A stretch of 63,637 nucleotides of DNA, counting the filler, from Craspedostauros australis (Eukaryota): NCBI GenBank assembly GCA_030167865.1. It is 12 parts of 12 records of this genome, joined end to end, with 100 filler letters (N's around TTAATTAATTAA, not from the genome) between each part and the next. Parts side by side here need not be neighbours in the genome. Positions count along the whole stretch, not along the records: positions 33,124 to 55,785 come from JALAGF010005815.1; positions 55,886 to 59,440 come from JALAGF010005816.1; positions 59,541 to 62,406 come from JALAGF010005822.1; 9 more parts are not named here. One strand, 5' to 3'. The notes below the pieces were generated by a model. The model was not told where the DNA came from. It made no database searches and saw nothing but the letters and a program-made list of their open reading frames with translations. Positions 48,526 to 60,469 of this stretch are shown piece by piece (the first letter of the stretch is position 1; each line of letters opens with the position of its first letter). The position numbers and the translations under genes were made by a program.

Positions 48526-50388
48526 CTATGCGTCGTCACAACAAGAGCACCGGACGAGATCATTCACGACGACAAAGTCAGGATCCGGCAATTCGTCGCT
48601 CTCGCTGTCATCGTTGTTGACGTTGCCTGCGCAAACGATGGGATCGAGATCACCCGTCACGAAGGTTCCATTGATATCCAGATCGTCCAACATCCTCAAG
48701 CTTGCGAATTGGATGGGGATGTCTCCGAACAGACCATTGCCAAACAAGGATATGACTTCCAAATTGGCAAGATTCCCAATCTCGGTGGGTATGGCATCGC
48801 TCAGCAGATTTCCGTCGAGCAGAATTTCTACCATTGCTGCCATCTTGCCCAACTGGGACGGCAGCGATCCTTGCAAGTGGTTCTGTCCAAGATCAAGTGT
48901 CTGGAGCGATGTGAGGTTCCCGAACTCGGTTGGGATGGATTCATTCAAGTCGTTCATGTAGAGGTCCAGTTCAACCAGTGACGTGAGCATCCCCAGCTCG
49001 GTGGCCAGCGACCCTTGCAGTTGGGTGCGCGCCATTCGCAGAGTGCGAAGTCGCCGCAGCTGCCCGATCGCAGCATCCAGCGTCCCATTGATCGGGTTCC
49101 TGCTCAGATCCAACTGCTGCAGTTCCATTAAATTGTACACGGACGGATCGAAGTTTCCCGACACGTTGTTGTTGGCAAGCCGCACAGCGATCACGCGTCC
49201 CTCTGGATCGCAAAATACCCCGTTGTCTCCGTCGCTATCGCCGTCGCTGTCATTCCAATCGCAAAGACCGACGCTTTCCGACAAGAAGTTGTGCTGATCG
49301 ATCCAGTCGGAACCGCCCAGCGACAAGTACATGCTGACGACGCTGTAGTACTCCGTCAAGAGCTGCGACTTGTTTGTGGAATTGGATAGGATTTGTGCAA
49401 CTGCCGGATTACCCGAGCTTGCCATCCAATCCACTGTCTGGTGAGGAATGCTCGTGGGATCTTCAAATGCAGATCGTTGCACCGAATTCGGGGAGTCAGA
49501 AAGGAAGGGCGCCAGCTCGTCGAGTATGGCGAAGAATTCCTCCGTTTGTTCAAGCTCTGCTGTTGGCGAAACGGACGGAATGTTGGACCCGACGGCTGCT
49601 TGAATCACGGACGGCGGAGCTGTTGGGAGCGATGTACGAGTACTTGTGGGAGCAATACTATTCGGGTCGTCGCTGCCATCGCCATTGACATCATCGCCAT
49701 CATCGTCGTTGTGATCAAAGACATTGTCTGTGTTGTTGCGATCGATAGCAACGGCACGACTATTGCCTCTACCGCTATCATCGCGGTTGGAAGCGACGGC
49801 TATCCCCAATCCGGTTCCGACAGCGATCAGGAGAATGGTGCAGAATATCAACAGCGCCACGTTCCTCTTCCGTCTTTGTTCCCTTGCGACGGTAGAGCCA
49901 TCACGCGTGTCGTGGTTCTTTTCATCGAGGTACAAAGAAGAGCTGGCACTCTTGCTGTCGTCGTTGCTGTTGCTGTTGCCGTTGCTGCCATCTTGCACTT
50001 CTCCAGTGTTGGCAGCAGTGGCAACCGGTTCTGGCTGGAGAAGCGCAGTCGTTGTAGTAACGGCATCATGCTCGGACACATCATGATCAGCTCCTGACGT
50101 GTCTGAATTCCGAGCATCATCAGCCTGCTGCGTCCCATCGACGGAATATTTTCCGGAGTTGCCTGCCTGTTCGATTGGCGTTGTTGGCTGTAGCAGCTCC
50201 TGAGCTTCAGAAGGATCAGGAGCACCAGCAGCAACACTGTCCTCTCCAACCCCATTCATACCGCTGCGGGTGTTCTGATCGTTCTCGTTGTTCTCTTCGT
50301 CGGTGCGCATACGACCATTGTCCAGTCCACCGCTGCCGTCCATGCTTTCGTTGGTGTCATTGCGTTTACGGTACATGTCCGCTTCCAT
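48526..50388 (-). CDS. Single-pass membrane leucine-rich-repeat protein
   Basis: Acidic disordered N-terminus, TM (VALLIFCTILLIAVGTGLGIAVA), Pro/Thr stalk, CDW…GVFC cap, then ~6 plant-type LRRs (LxxLDLxxNxLxGxLPxxLG). Confidence 0.88.
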   Translation of the reverse strand: MEADMYRKRNDTNESMDGSGGLDNGRMRTDEENNENDQNTRSGMNGVGEDSVAAGAPDPSEAQELLQPTTPIEQAGNSGKYSVDGTQQADDARNSDTSGADHDVSEHDAVTTTTALLQPEPVATAANTGEVQDGSNGNSNSNDDSKSASSSLYLDEKNHDTRDGSTVAREQRRKRNVALLIFCTILLIAVGTGLGIAVASNRDDSGRGNSRAVAIDRNNTDNVFDHNDDDGDDVNGDGSDDPNSIAPTSTRTSLPTAPPSVIQAAVGSNIPSVSPTAELEQTEEFFAILDELAPFLSDSPNSVQRSAFEDPTSIPHQTVDWMASSGNPAVAQILSNSTNKSQLLTEYYSVVSMYLSLGGSDWIDQHNFLSESVGLCDWNDSDGDSDGDNGVFCDPEGRVIAVRLANNNVSGNFDPSVYNLMELQQLDLSRNPINGTLDAAIGQLRRLRTLRMARTQLQGSLATELGMLTSLVELDLYMNDLNESIPTEFGNLTSLQTLDLGQNHLQGSLPSQLGKMAAMVEILLDGNLLSDAIPTEIGNLANLEVISLFGNGLFGDIPIQFASLRMLDDLDINGTFVTGDLDPIVCAGNVNNDDSESDELPDPDFVVVNDLVRCSCCDDA

Positions 50389-50435
50389 GTCGTCAAACCT
50401 ATGCTTGCGAATCGTTTGGCGTCTCACAAGTATGT

Positions 50436-50490
50436 TTGGTATGGTATGGTATGGTATGGTATGGTATGGTATGGTATGGTATGGTATGGT
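50436..50490. repeat. (TATGG)n pentanucleotide microsatellite
   Basis: About 10-11 perfect units just upstream of the LRR gene start. Confidence 0.95.
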
Positions 50491-51236
50491 GTGTCACGTA
50501 CGACCTGCGAATACGAGCACGGCTCAAAGCCTGCACCAGTGCTTCAAACCTTTGGACCGTTCGTGTTTGTCATGGCAGCTTCCTTCTTTGCACCGCGACA
50601 GACATTGCCGAAAGAGCGACAATGGCAGTGGTCGCGGGTTGTGAGAAACTGGACAGGGAAGGGAAACCTTTGCGAATTTTTATCTGTTTCCTTGATTCCT
50701 CGGAATTGTTTTTGAGTCGTGTATACTACATGTCGCAAATCTTCAATCGTGCACAAAGGGCGGCCGCGCAGACTCAAGAACCTCCTCTCCGACCACACAC
50801 TCTGCTATTACGACTATGAGTAGGTCATAGAATACATGTTATAGAATATATCATGTCGGAACACAGCAGCATCATCACCAGCAGTAGCATGTAGCTCGTA
50901 ATCTACTCGTACGCATCGAAGGCAGCAGAGAATTGCAGCTGCAGCCGATGCTGCGGACAGATACGACCTATTCGCAGAGTAGACAAAAGATCCTTGGACG
51001 GTCCATACTCGTGCCTTCTGCCAACAGCGAAGAGAGATCATCAAGTGCGAATATTTCCTCACTTTGTTCTAGCCCGTACGAGTACAATTCCCAGCAGACT
51101 CGTCTCTTACGTACACGTGGATGGAGATTGGACAAGCCCGGCCGCGGCAGCCGCGAGCCTTGCTGATGGAGAATCGCGTCTACAACGCGCGCCCCCAATC
51201 ATGTCTCTCATTGCAAAGAGGAGAGTGGTCACGAAA

Positions 51237-51866
51237 TCAGCAGCCACCGCCAACTCCTTTGATTCTGACGAGACTAAGACGGAATACGCCCGGGCCTCCC
51301 TGAGCCCAGATCTCCACGAATTGGATTTTTCTCAATACTGATGGGAGCGGTCACACGCTTGGGTCAGAGGAGCATTCACTGTCGATGCGGCCATTGGCCA
51401 AGTTCCAACCGCTGCTGAAATCCGTGAGCGGAATAGTGATCCTCCCGCCGTCGGACATGCCAGGATCGATCCTGGTGCGCCACTGATAGTGGGGAGGAGG
51501 CACCATGTTGATAAATTGGGCTTGCTCTCTGAAGGCGAGGTAACATCCATTGTACGGAACCTCGAAATGCAGCTCGATTTCGTTGGCAGCGCAGTTGGCG
51601 AGGCTTGGGAATGAATCAATGGAACGCGACTTGACGAAACCATCAGCATTAAAGATGGACGAATGCTGCACGAGTCCCTCGAAATCTGACCATACTCCTC
51701 GTCGAATGTCTCTCGCCAAGGATGATCCATACCAGAAGTCCTCGTCAGTCATGACCTCCCACTCATGGTGAGGGTTGGCGAAGTCTTCAATGGCGATGTC
51801 AGCGATCGCTGGAGATAACACGGCCATGAAGGTGCCGAAGATGGCAAAGAGCGGAGACGTCTTCAT
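51237..51866 (-). CDS. Secreted CIA30/NDUFAF1-like domain protein with an in-frame TGA (readthrough or pseudogene)
   Basis: Signal peptide, then 'IEDFANPHHEWEVMTD…FEGLV…GFVK…FPSLANC…ITIPLTDFS'. TGA at 51351-51353 is followed by 37 more in-frame codons (…EIWAQG…FRLSLVRIKGVGGGC) to a stop at 51237-51239. The family call is from recalled motifs. Confidence 0.6.
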
Positions 51867-53510
51867 GGTGATTGCGATCGCTTTGCTTGTACCTGTTGAT
51901 TGGCGATCTGACCAAGTGTTTGTTTGTAGGTCTGGTGTGAGCGGAACATTCCACTCGTCGATTTGCTGATTTAGAAATGCATGCAACTCATGGAAACAGA
52001 ACGCTCTTGGATGGAGGGCCAACTGACGGGAATTGCATCTGGGTCCCCGCGTCATAAAATAGAAGCATACTTGTAGGCATGGCGCATACCGGTGCACCAA
52101 CAGAGAGTACAGGCATGTAGCTCGCGCAAAGGCAAGTGCAGTACGTAGGTGTGCGGGTACGAGGATGGAGATGTGGGAAAATCCTCAGCTCTTCATTTGA
52201 AAGCGAAATGCATAACTCCAATTGCGGTTCGATCAGTCCGTTCGTTTACGCGGCACACTTGGTTTCGAACATGTTGTTAACGCGTTCTAGACATAAGTTA
52301 GATGTAGATATTCACTGCGAAAGCAACATGTCCACTCGAACTGATCATGCGATACTCCGGGTGATACTGAGAAACCCATCAACGCGGTGCCAACATTGTG
52401 TGTTGTGGGGGCGACAGGTTCGAGATGACCCCAAAACACGAGGAACATAAATTCTACTGTCATGACAAAAGCCTCAACAGCTGAGGATGTCACAGGCGAA
52501 AAACCCCATCTCAATGGAACAAGATGTGGCTGGGTGGTGCAAGTGCATGCGCCGTCTTTTGTGCGAGGAAAGTGAGAAACACTATTGGTCAACACAGAGA
52601 GGTCACAAGCGACGCGTTCGGCAGTCAGTTCTCGGGGACGCAGGTCCCACTCTTCTTCAACCGGCAAGCGAGTTGTTGGTTGCCGTGGAAAAGTTGCTTC
52701 TTTGGTGGCGTGCAGGTTGCAACAACAAGAGGATTACCACAACCAAGTCAAGGAGCAGTTTCACAGGTACACACCTGAGAGTGTTAAGAAGACCTTCCGT
52801 CTTTAGCCAAGGAAGGAAGAACCACAGCTTTTTCAAGCAGACCCCAACAAACATTGCACTCTGTGCTGCAGTCCCCAGCCGACACGTGTGCCGAGTGAGG
52901 CTAAGTCGATGCACGACGCTTTCTGGGTGAGGGGCGGAATTATTCTCTGTCGTTGGATTAGTGACCCGTGGCGAAAGTGCCGATGCGAGCAAACCAAACA
53001 CGTGGTGCTCGTGGGGCTTCCTCAGCCGCTCTACGACCACGAGGATTGTGTGATGACACCACGAGGCGATCCCTCCACGAATTTCAATCCCAATCTGTCT
53101 GCTTTGTGCGGTGTCACCAGATGTGATTTTTGTGAAGGAAGAATAACGAGGAAGGACAAACCATGCGACCTCGCTGGAGCGTAGATCTCCTCCCATGGGC
53201 GTTTGGAGCTCTTCAACAAAAGGATATACTGCACTCTTCGTAGCATGTTTGCGCATGTGTGGTGTGGCAAGGTAGCGGAGAAACGAGTGTCCCAACTCTC
53301 TGTTTGGTCAGGAGGATGGAGGAAGACCTGGGGTTGAAAAATGGTTGCCTGTCATCCTGTGCTCACACTTAGTATTCCGCTTTCTTCTCAGTCCTTGACT
53401 TCATCATCGATCATCGGGACACCTCCAGCGAAACCCAACCGAGCACAATCCCTCGCTCCCACCAACATCAAACAACCATCTATCCATCCCACTCATCGAA
53501 GACTCCGAAG

Positions 53511-55785
53511 ATGGCATCGAAGGGCGACTCAACGACTGACGGCAGCGCCCGCGATATTGGCGATGAACGCGACGAGATCAAGGAGCTCCAGAAGATCTCC
53601 CAAAAGGAGACAAACAGAGTCCGAACATGGCGCTTGCTTCTCTGTCTCGCTCTCTTGCTGGCTGCCATCTCTGTCACCATCGCAACCTACCAGCTACTTC
53701 GTCGACAGGAAACGCGCAACTTTGAGCAGGCAGTAAGTTTGGAACAACCTTCAAGACAAGTGACGGCTGCCTCAACACTTGACGATTCCACCGGCTCGTA
53801 CCATACTCACTCTGACACACATCTATCCTCTTGTCAATGTATACTCTTATATTACGTACTGCTCAAATTCTCACCGCCCCCGTCACGCGTGTACCGATCC
53901 ATCAGTTCACCCAATTCGCTCGCACCATCAAGAGTTCAATGCTACAGAACCAGGAAGATATCCGGCAGTCCCTGTACGGTTTGAGCAGAGTGTGTTCATC
54001 GGATGCCGAGGCTACGAACGCAACTTGGCCATTCCATGTTGTGAACAACTTCGAAGCTCATGCCAGGACGGCGAGGGACCACTCTGGCAGCGAGCTCATC
54101 TCCGTTGCCAGGCTTGTGCCACGTGAGCAAAGGGACGAATATTTGGATTTCGTTTCAGACACCTACAGACAAATGGTCATCGGCGGTCACATGCAGGACA
54201 AGGGAAACCTGGATCGACTCGTGGACAACACTGCCGACTACAACAACTACATGTCCAAGCCTGGATCTCCTAGGTTCGTCCCGCAGGATCAACTTGACTA
54301 CTACTGGCCCTTGTACGAGTTCTCGCCTCCGTACTTCTCGTATGGCGTGATCAATTGGGACCTCAGATCAATTCCAGTGTACGACGACATCCTCAAGACG
54401 ATGCTCGTGCTCAAGAATGAGACACTGAGCACGAAGGTCAGGGGATACTCGACTATCGGTATCTCTTTCACGTACGAAGAACACCAGCAGATGCACAGCC
54501 AACCCCAGAACTCGGACGAGGACTTTCCGCATAGTTTCACCTACTATCCGGTATACAATAAAACTGGAGACTCCAACTCCGGCATAGTGGGCTTGGTCGT
54601 TGCGGCAGTCGCTTGGGATGCGGCTATGCGATCCCTTCTCCCCACCGGCGTTTCTGGTATCGTCGCCATCCTGCGAAACACATGTGATCAGGCATTCACG
54701 TACAGAATCAATGGTCCGGACGCCATATTCATTGGTGAAGGCGAACTGTACAAGAACAAGTACCCCGATCTCAGGCATAGGGTTGACCTGGCAGTTCACA
54801 CTCATCCAGACTTCACCACGGCACCCGGTCACTGCATGTACTCACTGGTAAGATCTCATCTGAGGAAGTCATGGATCTGTTTGCAGCTGCGACTGGCACT
54901 GGCATGACCTGTTGTTTGCTCTACTTCATCACAATTCTCGCTCTGCTATGCGTCGTTCGCTGTTCATCCATTTCTGCGCGCTCTTACATTGGCAACGCCA
55001 TCAACATTCGTCTTTGCAACACACTCCACTCCTGCACTTACACCTGCACCTGCATCTTTATCCTCTCCTTTACTCACATTGTGGCATGAATAGGATATCT
55101 TTCCATCGAAGGAATTAGAGGATGAATACACCACGGACACACCTGTCATCTACGCCGCTGTAGTTGCCGTCACCTTCGTCGCGGTCATCCTCATCTTCTT
55201 CGTGTACGATCTCTTCGTCCAGAGACGCAACTGGAAGCTGATGGGACAAGCGGCACGATCCAACGCCATCGTCACGTCCCTCTTCCCAGGCAAGCTCCGA
55301 GACCAGATCATGGACCAAAGCCGAATGGACCAGAAGGAGTCACGAAGAGGAACGGCATCCGAAATGAAGTCCTTCCTGTCATTCGCCCTGAGCGAGGACA
55401 ACGATTTCGTCAAGTTCGAATCACGGCCCCTGGCTGAGTTCTTCCTGGAGACGACCATCATGTTCGCTGACATCACCGGCTTCACAGCATGGGCGTCCGT
55501 CCGCGAGCCAAGCCAAGTCTTCACTCTGTTGGAGACCGTGTACAGCTCCTTCGATCAGCTCGCGAAGCGCCGGCGCGTGTTCAAGGTGGAGACCGTCGGT
55601 GACTGCTACGTCGCAGTGACAGGATTGCCCGAGCCCACAGCAGATCATGCCATCTCCATGGCGAGATTCGCCCAGGACTGCCTCTGGAGCTTCAGTACCA
55701 TGGTCCATCAGCTCGAAGTCATCCTTGGTCCTGACACAGCCGACCTGAGCATCCGCATTGGGATCCACAGTGGGCCGGTGACTGC
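53511..55785 (+). CDS. Receptor-type class III adenylate/guanylate cyclase, partial; exons 53511-53732, 53906-54847 and 55094-55785+
   Basis: TM, extracellular domain, TM, then cyclase motifs TIMFADITGFT, FKVETVGDCYVAVTG and IRIGIHSGPV; two phase-0 GT-AG introns; truncated at the scaffold end. Confidence 0.9.
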
Positions 55786-55885
55786 NNNNNNNNNNNNNNN
55801 NNNNNNNNNNNNNNNNNNNNNNNNNNNNNTTAATTAATTAANNNNNNNNNNNNNNNNNNNNNNNNNNNNNNNNNNNNNNNNNNNN

Positions 55886-58800
55886 CAGCGGAGCCAACAA
55901 CGAATCTTCCATCCCAATTTCTGGACAAGAGCTCGACGTGTTCGTCACTGATGGTGAACCAACACGTGGCGAGACCTCGGACCTCTCTGGAGGCATTGAG
56001 CTCAGCTCTGCTCCTGTTGACTATGAGGCCCTTCGTCCTCATTTCGGTTGGATCCCGGCTCGCCGTGTCCGCGACACATTGCGATGCACCTCGCAGTGGT
56101 ACCGGACGGCGGAGCGCTTTTCCATGCGCAAACACTTCAGGACACGATTTCCGGCTGCCAACGTCGATCGTCTCCATGAAGTTGTGGCTATGGATACTCT
56201 CTTTTCGGACACTCCTGCACATGATNACGGCATTGCTGGACACGGCGGATGCACCATGATGCAGATCTACGTCGCTCTGCAGTCTCGATTCACAGCAGGG
56301 TTCCCCATGTCTTCCGAGAAGCAAGTTGCCAACACCTTCCTCGACTTCATCCGACACCATGGTGCGCCCGACCTTCTCATGTCGGATAACGCCAAGTCCG
56401 AGATTGGCTCCANNNNNNNNNNNNNNNNNNNNNNNNNNNNNNNNNNNNNNNNNNNNNNNNNNGTGGGATCCTTCTGCCCTCGATCAAGAGCTCGACATCT
56501 CCGATGTCAGCGGAGCCAACAACGAATCTTCCATCCCAATTTCTGGCCAAGAGCTCGACGTGTTCGTCACTGATGGTGAACCAACACGTGGCGAGACCTC
56601 GGACCACTCAGGAGGCATTGAGCTCAGCTCTGCTCCTGTCGACTATGAGGCCCTTCGTCCTCATTTCGGTTGGATCCCGGCTCGCCGTGTCCGCGACACA
56701 TTGCGATGCACCTCGCAGTGGTACCGGACGGCGGAGCGCTTTTCCATGCGCAAACACTTCAGGACACGATTTCCGGCTGCCAACGTCGATCGTCTCCATG
56801 AAGTTGTGGCTATGGATACTCTCTTTTCGGACACTCCTGCACATGATGACGGCATTGCTGGACATGGCGGATGCACCATGATGCAGATCTACGTTGCTCT
56901 GCAGTCTCGATTCACAGCAGGGTTCCCCATGTCTTCCGAGAAGCAAGTTTCCAACACCTTCCTCGACTTCATCCGACACCATGGTGCGCCCGACCTTCTC
57001 ATGTCGGATAACGCCAAGTCCGAGATTGGCTCCAAGGTTCANNNNNNNNNNNNNNNNNNNNNNNNNNNNNNNNNNNNNNNNNNNNNNNNNNNNNNNNNNN
57101 NNNNNNNNGCGGAACGGCGTATTCAAGACGTCAAGCGGACCACCAATGGGATCATGGACCGCACTGGGACACCCGCCAAGTTTTGGCTGATCTGCACCCA
57201 GTACGTCATCTCTCTGCTCAACCACATCGCGCAGCGCACGGTTGGCAGCATCACTCCTTTCCAGGCCGCATNNNNNNNNNNNNNNNNNNNNNNNNNNNNN
57301 NNNNNNNNNNNNNNNNNNNNNTATGAGGCCCTTCGTCCTCATTTCGGTTGGATCCCGGCTCGCCGTGTCCGCGACACATTGCGATGCACCTCGCAGTGGT
57401 ACCGGACGGCGGAGCGCTTTTCCATGCGCAAACACTTCAGGACACGATTTCCGGCTGCCAACGTCGATCGTCTCCATGAAGTTGTGGCTATGGATACTCT
57501 CTTTTCGGACACTCCTGCACATGATNNNNNNNNNNNNNNNNNNTCCTGCACATGATGACGGCATTGCTGGACACGGCGGATGCACCATGATGCAGATCTA
57601 CGTCGCTCTGCAGTCTCGATTCACAGCGGGGTTCCCCATGTCTTCCGAGAAGCAAGTTTCCAACACCTTCCTCGACTTCATCCGACACCATGGTGCGCCC
57701 GACCTTCTCATGTCGGATAACGCCAAGTCCGAGATTGGCTCCAAGGTTCAAGAGATCCTCCGTCAATACGCCATCAAAGACCATCAGAGTGAGCCCGAGC
57801 ATCAGCATCAGAACGGTGCGGAGCGGCGTATTCAAGACGTCAAGCGGACCACCAATGGGATCATGGACCGCACTGGGACACCCGCCAAGTTTTGGTTGAT
57901 CTGCACCCAGTACGTCATCTCTCTGCTCAACCACATCGCGCAGCGCACGGTTGGCAGCATCACTCCTTTCCAGGCCGCATACGGGCACCGACCAGATGTG
58001 AGCAAGTTCCTTGCTTACCGATGGTGGCAACCTGTATACTTCCGAGTCGACAAGCCAGGCTTCCCCAGCCATTCCAAGGAGAGGCTGGGACGGTGGGCCG
58101 GTCCATGTTTTCACAAGGGTGACGATCTCACTTTTTGGATCCTTGATGGCGCGTCGCAACGGCTTCTTCCTCGATCCACCATTCGCCCAGCGGACGATCC
58201 ATCCACCAAGAACTTGCGTGCAGACTTTCCCCTTCCCATGGTTGGGGAGGACGAGGATGCAGCGACAGAGGCATCAGACCATGGGGAGTACGAGGATGAC
58301 ATCCCTGACTCTCCTGAGGCCGATCCTGTTGTTCACACTCTCTCCGACGCCATTCTTTTCGACTCCATGAGCACTGCATCAGGAACCATGGACAAGGGAG
58401 CGGTTTCTGTCCCCAAGTTCACCCCAGAGGAGCTCATTGGTATGTCCTTCATTCACCATCAAGATGGACACAAGGTCCGTGCCGAGGTCATCCGCAAGGT
58501 CAATGATATTGACGCGGACAACCACCAACGCATCAAGATGATTCTCTCTCTCAATGATGGGGAGACCAATGATCTGATGGCCTACACTGAGCTGTCNNNN
58601 NNNNNNNNNNNNNNNNNNNNNNNNNNNNNNNNNNNNNNNNNNNNNNNNNNNNNNNNNNNNNNNNNNNNNNNNNNNNNNNNNNNNNNNNNNNNNNNNNNNN
58701 NNNNNNNNNNNNNNNNNNNNNNNNNNNNNNNNNNNNNNNNNNNNNNNNNNNNNNNNNNNNNNNNNNNNNNNNNNNNNNNNNNNNNNNNNNNNNNNNNNNN

Positions 58801-59440
58801 NNNNNNNNNNNNNNNNNNNNNNNNNNNNNNNNNNNNNNNNNNNNNNNNNNNNNNNNNNNNNNNNNNNNNNNNNNNNNNNNNNNNNNNNNNNNNNNNGTCT
58901 CGCACCTCCGGTTCGGTCCCTACCTACCAGTTCGGAGTCCAAGTGCCCAACAATCATCGTGAGGCCATGACCCTTGACCAACAGAACGGCAACACCTTCT
59001 GGGCTGACGCAGAGAGGAAAGAGATGGACCANNNNNNNNNNNNNNNNNNNNNNNNNNNNNNNGGACACCTCTCCAAGCCTCCAGATGGACACCAGAAGAT
59101 CAGACTCCAATGGGTGTATGCTGTCAAACACGACCTCCGCCACAAAGCGAGATGTGTCGCTGGAGGGCATCTAACACGACCATGCAAGGACATGTCGTAT
59201 GCAGGTGTGGTCAGCCTTCGATCACTGCGCCTCGCTCTACTGGCTGGTGAACTCAACGGTCTCACCACAATGGTGGGTGACATCGGGAACGCATATCTCG
59301 AGGCATACACGCAGGAGAAGATCTGCTTCATCGCTGGTGAGGAATTCGGAGAGCATGCCGGTAAGATGATGCGTATCGTCAAGGCACTCTACGGCCTGCG
59401 CACATCAGGCGCTCGGTTTCACGAAGCTCTTGCAGATACC
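55886..59440 (+). mobile_element. CoDi-type Ty1/copia pol (integrase to RT), with repeated/collapsed segments
   Basis: Integrase D-D-E motifs (MDTLFSD, MSDNAKSE, QNGAERRIQ); RT motifs KHDLRHKARCVAGGH, GDIGNAYLEA and KALYGLRTSG. Confidence 0.92.
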
Positions 59441-59540
59441 NNNNNNNNNNNNNNNNNNNNNNNNNNNNNNNNNNNNNNNNNNNNTTAATTAATTAANNNN
59501 NNNNNNNNNNNNNNNNNNNNNNNNNNNNNNNNNNNNNNNN

Positions 59541-60052
59541 GAAATGCCACAGTGGACTTCCCTCAATCCATCAGGCAGGGATGGGCGATCTGTCACCCAG
59601 ACAAAGCCAACTCACGAAAGAAGGACCCATCAGCATCTCCAGCAACCAAGGTACCGTCCATGTCGAAACAAGTGGCGCAGATTGTGTGCGATGCTGCGAT
59701 TGCTTGCAGGAACCCAGACACGAGGAGGAGTGCTCATGTGCTTCATGAAGAGCTGATGGCCGGGCCTTTCTTGCTTGATTGGGAGCAGAGGATCAAGGTG
59801 GACATCACATACCTCAAATGCTTCCTGGCAGCTCCTGACGGTCGAGCGGAGAGATACCTGGAGAACAATGGCTTCTTGGATGACGAGGAATGTGAAGAGC
59901 ACCTGAACGAGATGCATGAACTGCGGATCATGGCATCCAAGGAGAACACTCAAAGCGAAGAAGCGCACGAAGAGCAGGTTCTGGATGATCGCCCATACGA
60001 TGGGCAGGATGCTGATGTGATTGCTGGCAATCTGCTACCTTCCGATGATTGA
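59541..60052 (+). mobile_element. C-terminus of a probable transposase homologous to 62507-63602
   Basis: 'QGWA…RNPDTRRSAHVLHEELM…LDW…LKCFL' parallels 'QGWA…KDPKNRPSEHEAHKQLM…TDW…VKASL'. Confidence 0.45.
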
Positions 60053-60469
60053 TCCTGACGACAACCGCAAGTAAGCCAACACTACTCACATGCATTCATT
60101 GATATAGTATTAGTCTATGTAACATTGATATCATTAACTCTCATTGTGACGATATCAACTGCAGTAGCCGCATGTCCACAGGGATTCTGAGAGGAAGTTG
60201 TTGTTGGTATGTATAGAGTGGTTCTAATATTATTGGTTGCTACGATCTTGACATGCACTATGGAACCTCCATCGCCGTGCATCTACTCAATTTGCACATG
60301 TGCTTGCTATGTATGGTATGATACACGATTAGACCACGGCGTGCATCAATCCAAATCCAGTCCATTACTCGTCAGCTGACTTTTTGGCATTCTTCGACAA
60401 CGTCATGAACATGAAATCGTACGCCAGCGCAGTCATGAAGGNNNNNNNNNNNNNNNNNNNNNNNAGATC

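Noticed and set aside
58597..58896. Chromodomain between CoDi integrase and RT
   Set aside because: Reported for some diatom copia elements, but this interval is all N.
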